From Methanobacteriota archaeon (GTDB lineage: Archaea; Thermoplasmatota; Poseidoniia; Poseidoniales; Thalassarchaeaceae): a stretch of 64,000 nucleotides of DNA. How positions within the stretch are numbered: the first letter of the stretch is position 1; the number at the start of each line of letters is the position of its first letter. The position numbers and the translations under genes were made by a program. The notes under the pieces were generated by a model. It saw only the letters and a program-made list of their open reading frames with translations. It was not told where the DNA came from and searched no databases. The stretch is from the NCBI GenBank assembly GCA_002718995.2, contig PBGL02000007.1, positions 2,306 to 66,305 on the forward strand. The letters run 5' to 3'. This document shows, piece by piece, positions 1-9,336 of this stretch.

Positions 1-390
1 TCCCCCGGGGATGTGGCGAAGGCTTTCGCGGCCGGTTCGGACTTCGTGATGCTGGGCGGGATGTTCGCTGGGCATGATGAGTCCGGGGGGGAGCTAGTTG
101 AGGCGGATAACGGAAAGAAGTACAAGTCCTTCTACGGCATGTCGTCCGCCAAGGCAATGGAAGAGTACTACGGGGAGGTGGCTAAGCACCGAGCCCCGGA
201 GGGCAAGGAGGTGAGAGTCCCTTACCGCGGTTCTCTCGAGGATACGATCCAATCCATACTTGGGGGAGTGAGGTCTGCTTGCTCATACGTCGGTGCGCGC
301 AGAATCAAGGACCTCCCCAAATGCACGACCTTCATCAGAGTCACACAGACGACCAACGAAGTCTACCAGAGGTTCAACGTCGAAGAGTGA
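1..390 (+). CDS. guaC: GMP reductase, C-terminal part (5' end outside window)
   Basis: [42 protein letters not shown] and [12 protein letters not shown] motifs are typical of type-1 GMP reductase. Confidence 0.9.
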   Translation, partial: SPGDVAKAFAAGSDFVMLGGMFAGHDESGGELVEADNGKKYKSFYGMSSAKAMEEYYGEVAKHRAPEGKEVRVPYRGSLEDTIQSILGGVRSACSYVGARRIKDLPKCTTFIRVTQTTNEVYQRFNVEE

Positions 391-392
391 AG

Positions 393-869
393 TCACACAT
401 CAAGAACGACTTGGGCGACCCATCCGGGACCCTCGAATGAGGGGATATCATTACTCACTCCTGGCAGCAACTCGCCCTCTTCGACCCTCCTAAGGATGAG
501 TTCGTGCATCGTTACTGCCTTGACTTCTATCTCTCTCTCCACTGAATCAGAATCGACCCAGGAAACCTGTGAGGAAATTATTCCATCGTTAATCGAGATT
601 GAGTTTCCCACGAGCCACTTGTCTTCGCCATCGCACCTGTAGAGCACCTCCTCCATCCACCTTACCATGCCCCTAGGTAGGTCATCGTCCTCGATGGAGA
701 CTGACCAGGTTCCTGTGTGTCTCACTAGTGAGTTTACTGTTTTAGCTCCTGACTCTGAGAGCTGGATGGCCTGCATTCCCAATGTGGCCTCCTCTATCGC
801 GCCCTCTGGGCTACTGGAAAATGCCCTGATTCCTATGTCGGCCGTAGTCGGTAGAATCCACCATGACAT
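393..869 (-). CDS. Archease (RtcB activator)
   Basis: N-terminal TTADIGIR and C-terminal EVKAVTMH...AQVVLDV archease motifs. Start moved to ATG 869, which follows a GGAGTGA SD-like sequence. Confidence 0.85.
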   Translation of the reverse strand: MSWWILPTTADIGIRAFSSSPEGAIEEATLGMQAIQLSESGAKTVNSLVRHTGTWSVSIEDDDLPRGMVRWMEEVLYRCDGEDKWLVGNSISINDGIISSQVSWVDSDSVEREIEVKAVTMHELILRRVEEGELLPGVSNDIPSFEGPGWVAQVVLDV

Positions 870-912
870 CCTATCGTCACTCCCAGTAAGCCCCATGGCA
901 TGAACGAAGCGG

Positions 913-3900
913 TCAGGAGAATGAGTCGCACAACTCTCCCTGTGAGGGGAAGCTGGTTGGATCCTTCGGGTGTGTATTCCACTTATTCTCGCACTTGTTG
1001 GTGAATCCATCTCCATCAGAGTCTACGTTCGAGTCGGCGGGGTCGAATGGATCGAATCCGAAGTAATACTCCCATCCTGCCCACATCGAGTCGTCGTCCT
1101 GATCCTGGTGATATACCTCGGAACCGTCCTCCCAGATATCGCCGTCTGTGTCCGGATCGACGGGGTTTGTGCCGTTCTGGAACTCCTCGAAGTTGGTGTA
1201 ATTCTCCAGGTCGTTGTAGAACCTCTCTCCCTCCACGGTCTGGGGGTCGATGTGGCACTCTGAGTTCTGGGGGTTGTTCCAGCCCGGGCAGTATCTATTC
1301 ATCAGGTGAGTGCGATTGAGACCATCGCCATCGAAGTCCTGTTGTCCGTCGTCGGTTCCGTCTAGATCCGAGTCTGGCATACGAGGGTCCATCGGCCCCC
1401 TGGCGCCTAGAGCAGTGAGGGTGTAATTGTCGACGAGTCCGGACATTAGTGCCTCCTCGGAGTAGGTGACCTCCCAGCCATCGGGCAGCTTGTCGCCATC
1501 GGTGTCGTCATCGACGGGGTTTGTGTCCCACCTATCTGGTGCCTCCATTGCATTGAGTAGTGTGTCATTGTCTATGTCGAATGCCGAATCGGGCATTGAT
1601 CCGTAAGAAGGATCGAGGGCCCATCTCCCGTTGGCGGGAATGTTGAATCCGGAGATATTCATCTCCCACAGGAAATACTTGGGGTCCATCTGGCCGTCCC
1701 CATCCCTATCTCCGGAAGTCGAGAATCCTGTAAGGTAGTTGCTCCATACCCAGCCACCCGGCCCTAGTCCGCATTCAACTATGGAATCGCAGCCAGGAGG
1801 GAGCCACCAGTCAGTTACGACCCAGAGGCTGTGGCTCTTCGTATTCTGTTGGACTGAGAACACTTGCATCTCCCAGCCATCGGGTTGCATGTCCCCGTCC
1901 GTGTCATTGTTCAGCGGGTTAGTTGGTTGCTGCCATGGACGAGGGACGTATAGGACCTCGCCCCCGTCATTTAGTCCATCGCCGTCACTATCTGCGTTGT
2001 TGGCGTGGGTGATATACTGATCTTCTCCATCGATCACCTCCTCGCCATCCTGTAAACCGTCATTGTCGGTGTCGAACGCGGATGCGTTGGTGAAGTAGAC
2101 GGAGCCGTTCCAAACGAATCCGTCCATTGCCTCGGTGAAGTCCTCGAGGCCGTCTGAGTCCGTATCGCTGTCGGTGGCATTGGTGAAGGTCGTGTAGTAC
2201 TCCATTGAGTCCGAGAGTCCGTCCCTATCGGTATCGTAGGCACCGGGGTCGCTCCTGACTATCACGTCCCTTACTCCGTGGTCGACGATTCTAATTGTCC
2301 ACCCTATTACTTCGATTCCATCAATGAGTCCGTCCGAGTCAGTGTCGGGATTTAGTGGATCTGTGGAACGGCCATCGACTAATCCGTCTCCGTCTCGATC
2401 ACGTGCATTGTACTCGTCCAGATTTGTGAACCTCTCTGACTCTTCGACTACGATGATTAGGTCCTGTAGCCTACTGGTGACTTCTTGGCCTACTGAGACT
2501 TCTATGTGGTAAACCCAACCAGCCGTCTGGGTCTTGATTGGGATATTCACATACTCGCTGTCCTGAACTGTCCTGACCCAGAGGACCGTCCTATTGACTT
2601 GGACGAAGTCGCCCACTTCAACGGTAATCGACTGGACTGTGGATACGCCCACCATTTCGTCATACCTGACAGCTCCATCTCCATCGGCGTCATAACCATC
2701 GAAGTCAGGATCCTCATCGGCGTTACTTCCGTCGTTCGGGTGGATACCGCTGAGGTATTCCCAGCCGTCTGGCATCTGGTCATTATCGGTGTCGGGATCC
2801 AATGGGCTGGTGAAGTTGGATGGCCCCCATGTGTATGCGACCTCGTATTCCTCGACATTGTTCAGTCCGTCTTCATCATTGTCGCCGTAAGCATCTGTGG
2901 CGTTTGCCGGGTCTAGCAGGCTCCCGTAGCAGTACTCGAAACCATCTGGCATTCCATCTCCATCAGTATCCCAGTCCCCTGGTCCATTCAGCCTTCCGTC
3001 GTTGTCCATGTCCTGCTCGAACCAAGTCAAGTCTCCTGGCTCACTCATGAATTCTGTGTAGGGGGCCTGTAGGCTCAAAGTCCCGAATACGGGGACTCCG
3101 CAATGGACTCCGAGATCTATGTAGCCAAATGCGATCTCATGCCTGTCAGCAATTAGGTCGCCATCACTGTCCTCCTCAAGGGGGTTTGTGTCGTACCTTT
3201 CCTCTACGAAGTTCCTAAGTCCATCAGGAGTCGGTTGCTCTAGATCCAAGGCCGCATCGCACGAAATCTCATCATCTGCATTTGAAACCATGCCATACTC
3301 GGCATTTGTTAGTTCGTTCTTGATCTGCTCCCTCATTTCAGGACCTTGGCTGTTGATTGTCCCATCGGGGGTCAAGAAGTAGCAGTCCCTGTTTGCATTT
3401 AGTGGGTCCAGGAGCCTGAGAACCCCTGCAGGGGTATCGATTTCGTGAACGTACATTGATTCCCACTTGTCGTTTAGTCCATCATCATCCGAGTCACTAT
3501 CCATGGGCTTGGTGCCCAATGCGGCTTCCTCGGTATTTGTTAGTCCGTCTCTATCGGGGTCCCCATAGGGGCCATTATCTGGATTTGGGAATGTCTCGTT
3601 CTGCTCCCCAGTATCGTCTTCATTGTCGGTAGAGTCGAATGGTATCTCTGACTCTGCCGGTTGCCCGTTGTCCAATGGGTCCAGTCCGTTTCGGACCTCC
3701 CAGCCATCGCTCAATCCGTCGTCATCGGTATCCGGGGTTCTCCAATCTGTGCCATACAGTGTCATTTCCATCCTATCTGAAATGCCATCCCCATCGGTAT
3801 CGAGCCCCCCTTCGCCGGAGTTCCCTGACATATCAATATCAGAACCTGCTGGGTTGAATCCGCCTGATTCAGTAGTCGAGAGTCCCGCTCCTATGATGGT

Positions 3901-3969
3901 GTAAATTCCTGCGAGACACAGCGTTGCTACGATTGCAGTGACCGCGTACTGGTTGTGATTCATAGCCAT
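913..3969 (-). CDS. Large membrane-anchored protein with many DxDxDG(L/M)xDGWE Ca-binding (TSP3-like) repeats and an inserted lipoyl-like domain
   Basis: N-terminal hydrophobic helix (AVTAIVATLCLAGIYTIIGAGL) followed by roughly 20 or more repeats such as DTDDDGLSDGWEVRNGLDP and DTDGDGMPDGFE. Start estimated at ATG 3969. Confidence 0.8.
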   Translation of the reverse strand: MAMNHNQYAVTAIVATLCLAGIYTIIGAGLSTTESGGFNPAGSDIDMSGNSGEGGLDTDGDGISDRMEMTLYGTDWRTPDTDDDGLSDGWEVRNGLDPLDNGQPAESEIPFDSTDNEDDTGEQNETFPNPDNGPYGDPDRDGLTNTEEAALGTKPMDSDSDDDGLNDKWESMYVHEIDTPAGVLRLLDPLNANRDCYFLTPDGTINSQGPEMREQIKNELTNAEYGMVSNADDEISCDAALDLEQPTPDGLRNFVEERYDTNPLEEDSDGDLIADRHEIAFGYIDLGVHCGVPVFGTLSLQAPYTEFMSEPGDLTWFEQDMDNDGRLNGPGDWDTDGDGMPDGFEYCYGSLLDPANATDAYGDNDEDGLNNVEEYEVAYTWGPSNFTSPLDPDTDNDQMPDGWEYLSGIHPNDGSNADEDPDFDGYDADGDGAVRYDEMVGVSTVQSITVEVGDFVQVNRTVLWVRTVQDSEYVNIPIKTQTAGWVYHIEVSVGQEVTSRLQDLIIVVEESERFTNLDEYNARDRDGDGLVDGRSTDPLNPDTDSDGLIDGIEVIGWTIRIVDHGVRDVIVRSDPGAYDTDRDGLSDSMEYYTTFTNATDSDTDSDGLEDFTEAMDGFVWNGSVYFTNASAFDTDNDGLQDGEEVIDGEDQYITHANNADSDGDGLNDGGEVLYVPRPWQQPTNPLNNDTDGDMQPDGWEMQVFSVQQNTKSHSLWVVTDWWLPPGCDSIVECGLGPGGWVWSNYLTGFSTSGDRDGDGQMDPKYFLWEMNISGFNIPANGRWALDPSYGSMPDSAFDIDNDTLLNAMEAPDRWDTNPVDDDTDGDKLPDGWEVTYSEEALMSGLVDNYTLTALGARGPMDPRMPDSDLDGTDDGQQDFDGDGLNRTHLMNRYCPGWNNPQNSECHIDPQTVEGERFYNDLENYTNFEEFQNGTNPVDPDTDGDIWEDGSEVYHQDQDDDSMWAGWEYYFGFDPFDPADSNVDSDGDGFTNKCENKWNTHPKDPTSFPSQGELCDSFS

Positions 3970-4053
3970 CGGAACACCCCGGCCCCCTAGGGGGCCGACC
4001 CTTTGACATTGGGGACGGATATAACGTTTCACCGAAGTAGCGCGAAGGCGATA

Positions 4054-5160
4054 TCAGCTAATTTCCCTGGCGGGGCGTATTTCGATAGTTAATTTAGAGT
4101 CCCTGATGACTGCATTTAACCTGCCATTTCTTCCGAATGCCCTTTCCCAGCAAGCAAGGAGAATACCACTAGAAATGGCAGGATGGAATGTTGATGAGAA
4201 ATTGAATGCAACACCTCCATTTTCGCTGGTTGACTCTGCTGAAGTAACTTCTCCGAGGCCATTTCTCGACAAGTGCCTACGTGCCACTTGAATCCAGTCT
4301 GAATTGTTTCTTACCAAAACGTGGTGCCCCTCTGAGACGAATCTCTCTCTTGCCGAGTCCGCAGCGGCGGACCACCACAATGAGCGCGTGGACTCAATTC
4401 CCTCCCAAATGAAAGACTCACTTCTACCGTCATGAATAGCATCGATATAGGGCAAACAGTATTCCTCGAAGCGTCGCATTAAATCGAGATGGATGAACAT
4501 CCTTCTGTCACCCATGATTGACCATTTGCCGGGCGAGTCGATCCTCAAGTCCTGCCAATTTTCCTCACTCCCGGCATCCTTCCCTGGAGATAAAACAGAG
4601 GGATTTTTCCACTCCAAATTTGGAGGTTTTGGAGATGGGAATTTCGCGTCGTCTTGTGTAAGTGTAACGACTAATCCATCCTCCTTGCCCTCACTCCATA
4701 GAAACCGATGCCTCTTTCCCGTAGCGGCCTCCCATGAGGCAGTGATTACACCGGAGCAGATTGGTCCCGATGAGGGGTTTTCAATAAGTAATCTTGATTC
4801 CTCTTCATCTTCTAACAAGCCGAACCTGCCTAGGCCACTGGTCTCCCATAACAGGGATGTTCGCGACCACGTCCTTGGGTCTCTGCCAGTGGGCGAGTCG
4901 GACGTTCCAAGACCGATCATATACTCCTCATGCTCGAGAGCTGCATGGGCCAGGCGACGTCCGAGACTCTGGGCAGTCCTCCTCTCCAAACCTTGGAACC
5001 ACAATTCAAACCACCCGGTCCCCACCCTCCATGCAATCTCATTTCTTCCCCTCATGGCATCGGAGTAAATTCCGTTTTCCAGAGGCCATCGGCCGATTAT
5101 TTGGTCTTCGGAAGTTTCAGTGTTTCTTGAATTGGTCCTCAGGAAGTCGAAAAATCCCAT
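4054..5160 (-). CDS. Hypothetical protein with two V4R/HNOX-like ligand-binding repeats
   Basis: Internal duplication: WETSGLGRF...PICSGVITASWEAATGK versus HLSRNGLGEV...PAISSGILLACWERAFGR. Start ATG 5160 lies 2 bp after the upstream stop. Confidence 0.55.
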   Translation of the reverse strand: MGFFDFLRTNSRNTETSEDQIIGRWPLENGIYSDAMRGRNEIAWRVGTGWFELWFQGLERRTAQSLGRRLAHAALEHEEYMIGLGTSDSPTGRDPRTWSRTSLLWETSGLGRFGLLEDEEESRLLIENPSSGPICSGVITASWEAATGKRHRFLWSEGKEDGLVVTLTQDDAKFPSPKPPNLEWKNPSVLSPGKDAGSEENWQDLRIDSPGKWSIMGDRRMFIHLDLMRRFEEYCLPYIDAIHDGRSESFIWEGIESTRSLWWSAAADSARERFVSEGHHVLVRNNSDWIQVARRHLSRNGLGEVTSAESTSENGGVAFNFSSTFHPAISSGILLACWERAFGRNGRLNAVIRDSKLTIEIRPAREIS

Positions 5161-5162
5161 TT

Positions 5163-6362
5163 TCAGACACCTAGGAACGACTCTATTCGGTCGAATGCTT
5201 CCGATAGGATATCTTCTGTAGGGAGGCAGACCATCCGGAAGTGCGACCTTCCGAACTCGGGCGAAAATCCAGAGCCATGGACCACGAGCACATGATGCTG
5301 GTGAAGCAGGTCCAGAACCCATTGTTTGTCAGAGTCGATTCTGTCATCAGAGATCTTCACAAATAGGTAGAATGCACCACCCGGTACTTCGCACTCCAGG
5401 CCCTCAATACCTCCTATTCGACTTATGCAATAGTCCAATCTCTTCTTGATACGTTCACGGTGCCCTTCCAACCAACCATGCTCATCGGTAAGGCCTGCAA
5501 GATACCCATGCTGTGCCGGAGTAGATGCACAGAGCCGACTGCGCAACAGACGCTCGACACCGTCTCTGACCAACGAGAGCCTTTCCTCGGGGTCATGCCA
5601 CGCCATGTAGCCGATTCTCCACCCGGGGGCAAAGTACACTTTGGAGACACCATTCAAAACGATTACTGGAACGCTGGTTGATCGTGATGCTGCTGAGCAG
5701 AGTTTTCCTGTGAAATCTAGTCCGTCGTAAATCTCGTCGGCAATTATCGTGCATTTGGGGTAGTCCCGGGCTATTTCGATAAGTTGGTCGATTTCTGAAG
5801 ATGTAGCGACATTTCCAGTCGGGTTATTGGGATTGATGAGGACCAAAAGACGGACGCTATTGTCCATTTTGGAACGGATATCGTCGAAGTCTATTCTCCA
5901 GCCATTGTCCTGGTCGAGGCGGTACTCAACGGTAGTGGCCCCATACATCTGCGGGTAGGCCATGTATGGAGGGTAGTGTGGACCTGGCGCCAATACTTTG
6001 GTTCCGTCTTCGAGGAAGGCGGCGAAAATAATCTGAAGAGCCTCTGTAACGCCATGGGTTACGTAAACGTCCTCATTGGAGCAGGCCCAGCCTTTTGCCG
6101 TCTCTGCAGCTGCGATTGCTTGGCGAAGTTGCGGTATGCCATACGAGGGGCCGTACCCATTGTCTTGGGAGTCGAGAGCCCTCTTGTAAGCTTCAATCAT
6201 GTGCTCCGGAGTCGGCAGCCCCTCGAATGCGAGTGGGTCTCCAACATTGAGCCTGATAATTTCATGCCCCTCACTCTCTAACTTTATTGCAGGGACGACG
6301 ACATCTCGAATTGCATACTCTATTGCTGCGGCCCGAGCTGATACATCGACCTTTTCGACCAT
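5163..6362 (-). CDS. PLP-dependent class I/II aminotransferase, alanine aminotransferase-like
   Basis: IEYAIRDVV, LNVGDP, INPNNPTG, IIADEIY and NGVSKVYFAPGWRIG (PLP lysine). The N-terminus resembles Thermococcales alanine aminotransferase. Confidence 0.88.
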   Translation of the reverse strand: MVEKVDVSARAAAIEYAIRDVVVPAIKLESEGHEIIRLNVGDPLAFEGLPTPEHMIEAYKRALDSQDNGYGPSYGIPQLRQAIAAAETAKGWACSNEDVYVTHGVTEALQIIFAAFLEDGTKVLAPGPHYPPYMAYPQMYGATTVEYRLDQDNGWRIDFDDIRSKMDNSVRLLVLINPNNPTGNVATSSEIDQLIEIARDYPKCTIIADEIYDGLDFTGKLCSAASRSTSVPVIVLNGVSKVYFAPGWRIGYMAWHDPEERLSLVRDGVERLLRSRLCASTPAQHGYLAGLTDEHGWLEGHRERIKKRLDYCISRIGGIEGLECEVPGGAFYLFVKISDDRIDSDKQWVLDLLHQHHVLVVHGSGFSPEFGRSHFRMVCLPTEDILSEAFDRIESFLGV

Positions 6363-6366
6363 CTTC

Positions 6367-9237
6367 TCACAACCCAAGTAGCTCGCGAGCTGCATCAAGA
6401 GCTGCAGGTATCCCATCGGGCTTTGACCCTCCCCCTTGGGCCATGGTTGGACGGCCTCCGCCCCCTCCCTCGATATGGCCCGCTATGGCCCGCAGGATTT
6501 CTGTGGCATCGTGCTTTTCAGCTGCTATGGTACCCTCCGTACATGCGACAATCAATTTTCCACCGTCATGCCTTGTCCCAAGGATGGCAAGCGTCGGATT
6601 GGTAGGATCGAGTGTCAAATTCTTCAGCATGGCCATGGGATTCGCATCGGGATCTATTTCCATAACAACGTAGGAAATACCGTCCTTGAGAACGGCTTCG
6701 TCGCCCCCTCCACTAGTCCTCAACCTGATTATCTCCGCCTCAAGCGACTCTATCTTTTTCTTCTGAGACTTCCACTCTTCGAAAAATCTAGTAACAGTTC
6801 CAGGGAGGTCATCGGGAGAGACTCCGAGGACTTCGCTTGACTCGTTGAGAAGGCGCTCTTGCGCCCTTGCATGCTCGCGCGCCGTCTCCCCTGCCACGAC
6901 TTGCAGACGCTCCACCCCGTCTTGTACCTGACTGGACCGGATTATGCGTAACTCGCCAACTTGGCCTGCTTCATCATGATGCGTGCCCCCGCATGCCTGG
7001 GTATCAAAATCGCCAATTTTGATGATCCTTATCTCTTGATGCTTTGGAGGCCCTCCTTGGTATATCTGGAACCCGAATCTCGAATCCGCATCGGATCTAT
7101 CCAAGACAATCTTCTCTACTGGTGGGTTGGAGTTTACTACTTCATTGGCCATATCTTCAATTTCATCAAGTTGCTCCCTTGAAAGTCTGGAGAAATGTGT
7201 AATGTCGAGTCTTGCATACTGGGCGCCTTTGCTGGAGCCAGCTTGCCAGACATGTGGCCCTAGCAACTCCCTAGATGCCCCTCCTACAATGTGAATGGCA
7301 GTGTGGTGATCCATGAGCTGCTTCCTCCTAGTCCAGTCGATCTCGCCCTCGATCGGGCCGGCAATCAATTCGGTGTCGGCAAGATGGATGATAATGCCAT
7401 TCTGCGACCTTGTGTCCAGGACACTTGCTCGGATACCGCCTTGCGAAATTGCGCCCTGGTCGCCCAATTGGCCGCCTCCTTCGGGATAGAAGAGTGTTCT
7501 GTCCAGGATTATGGCATGGCTCGGAGAGCCTTCGACCTCTCCAGTTAGTGATAGCGCGTGGAGCTGCTCCTGTGAAATTTCGATACACCTGAGAATCTCG
7601 GCTGAGAATTTGGTTGAGCTTGTATCATTGTAATAATCAGCGGATGTTTGATCCAAACCACCAAGATCGAAAATCTCGGCCTGCTTCCGCGCCTTTGCTG
7701 CCGCCTTGGTCATTATTGCATTTCTAGCCGCCATGTCTGCGGCAAAACCGACCCTTACAGAGAGGTTTTTCCAGCCGAGTCCTGCGGCTATTGATACGAC
7801 CATCTCAGGATTAAGGCCCCTCTCCTCGGAAAGTCTGAATAGAGTCTGGTCATCAATTTCCAAAGATTCTTTGGAGACTCCCTTCAGTGCAGTCCTCACT
7901 GCTGCCTCTCCCTTTCTCAGCATCTCGTGGTACCTCGACTCCTCCAATTCTAGAATCATGAGTATACCCGATCTGCTCTGGGGGAATGGCGAGATATCCA
8001 TGTTGTTGTCCATGTGGTGGGCTGCGAGTTCAGACAGGCTGGCGTTAATTGAGAGGGAGTCCCTCATCCTGCAAACTCTCCTAGCCAGCATCCTGGATAG
8101 ATATCCTGCCTTCGAATTACTTGGGACTAGGCCATCACCAAGCATGTTACAAATTGCGTGCATATGATCGGGTATGGCGTAAATTGAAGAGAGCGGTTCT
8201 GTGACCCTCTTCAACTCATCAACAGAAACCGAGATTCCGCTTTCGGAAAGACGTCTCGAGAGGTTCACGTACAGCTCCTCAACATCCGTGCCGACATCGA
8301 TATTGAGAATCCCTGCTAGTCTTGACAATTCGCCGAGTAAAGAGTCCATATTGGCGTCTATTCCGGACGAAGAAAGGATCTTCTCAAAACCGGACAAGCC
8401 CTTCAGCCAATTGACAGACTCCGGATATATCGCCTCGTAGATCGTCGGAGTTCCAGCAGCAGCCCAACAGAATCTCTCCAATCCGTATCCCGTGTCTATG
8501 ATCTGAAGATCCATTTCACTATACATCTGCCCCTTGATTTCGATATCCCCTGAGTCGTCTTCCTCAAGGTTCATGAAAACCAGAGTAGCTAATTCGAGGC
8601 CGCCGACTATCACCTCCAATGCAGGTCCCGCATTGCCCCCTCCCGACCATGGATTCTCTACATATGTAATTGATATTGGATCGATTCCAAGAGTTTTCGT
8701 CAATAGCTCGTCGCAATACCTCACGCACTTATCGATCCAATAAACCACGTCGTCATCTTTGGGCCTATTGAATGCGTGATGTGCCATCATCTCGAATGTT
8801 GAAAGGTGCCTTCCCGATCGTCCGACTGCAGCCACGTCAGTAAGTCTGATGCAGGGTTGACTGATGGTGAGGGGATTTTCCGGAGGAGGGACCTGACCGC
8901 TAGTGACATGAGGCTGGAAGTCGGCAATACTGGCAATAGTCAGGTGGATATCGTCCCTCCACCTAGCAATCACAGGATATGGGTCTATTCTGGAATGGCC
9001 CCTTTTCTCAAAGAACGAAAGGAAGACCTCCCTCATTTCGTCCTTGAGTTCTTTTCCCCTCGACTGGAAACCACTGATTATTGGGCTTCCAATGAATGTA
9101 TATGGGTCCTCGGAGGTGTCTCCGCAGGTATCCCTTCCCGCATCCCTGGTCCAGAATCTCAAACCGGAAACTCTGCAAATTCGCAAGGCATGTTCGGACT
9201 CTTCCCAGAAGGGAATCTCGATATTACCGAAGGTCAC
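6367..9237 (-). CDS. alaS: Alanine--tRNA ligase (archaeal type)
   Basis: YPVIARWRDD...TIASIADFQP, GRSGRHLSTFEMMAHHAFN, IDTGYGLER, editing motifs HHTAIH and CGGTH, C-Ala GGGGG...AQGGG. GTG start. Confidence 0.97.
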   Translation of the reverse strand: MTFGNIEIPFWEESEHALRICRVSGLRFWTRDAGRDTCGDTSEDPYTFIGSPIISGFQSRGKELKDEMREVFLSFFEKRGHSRIDPYPVIARWRDDIHLTIASIADFQPHVTSGQVPPPENPLTISQPCIRLTDVAAVGRSGRHLSTFEMMAHHAFNRPKDDDVVYWIDKCVRYCDELLTKTLGIDPISITYVENPWSGGGNAGPALEVIVGGLELATLVFMNLEEDDSGDIEIKGQMYSEMDLQIIDTGYGLERFCWAAAGTPTIYEAIYPESVNWLKGLSGFEKILSSSGIDANMDSLLGELSRLAGILNIDVGTDVEELYVNLSRRLSESGISVSVDELKRVTEPLSSIYAIPDHMHAICNMLGDGLVPSNSKAGYLSRMLARRVCRMRDSLSINASLSELAAHHMDNNMDISPFPQSRSGILMILELEESRYHEMLRKGEAAVRTALKGVSKESLEIDDQTLFRLSEERGLNPEMVVSIAAGLGWKNLSVRVGFAADMAARNAIMTKAAAKARKQAEIFDLGGLDQTSADYYNDTSSTKFSAEILRCIEISQEQLHALSLTGEVEGSPSHAIILDRTLFYPEGGGQLGDQGAISQGGIRASVLDTRSQNGIIIHLADTELIAGPIEGEIDWTRRKQLMDHHTAIHIVGGASRELLGPHVWQAGSSKGAQYARLDITHFSRLSREQLDEIEDMANEVVNSNPPVEKIVLDRSDADSRFGFQIYQGGPPKHQEIRIIKIGDFDTQACGGTHHDEAGQVGELRIIRSSQVQDGVERLQVVAGETAREHARAQERLLNESSEVLGVSPDDLPGTVTRFFEEWKSQKKKIESLEAEIIRLRTSGGGDEAVLKDGISYVVMEIDPDANPMAMLKNLTLDPTNPTLAILGTRHDGGKLIVACTEGTIAAEKHDATEILRAIAGHIEGGGGGRPTMAQGGGSKPDGIPAALDAARELLGL

Positions 9238-9336
9238 AATGCGCCGCTCCTCGTTTCCGCATTGAAGGGGTCGACTTGAATTCGATTGTCTTCAGACGTG
9301 CGTCGTGTTGAAAGCCGACGGTATTCAGGGTGGACC

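Noticed and set aside
913-3969. Recurring sequence units as a possible CRISPR or DNA repeat array
   Set aside because: The repeats are conserved at the protein level with divergent codons. There are no identical DNA repeats with spacers and no cas genes.
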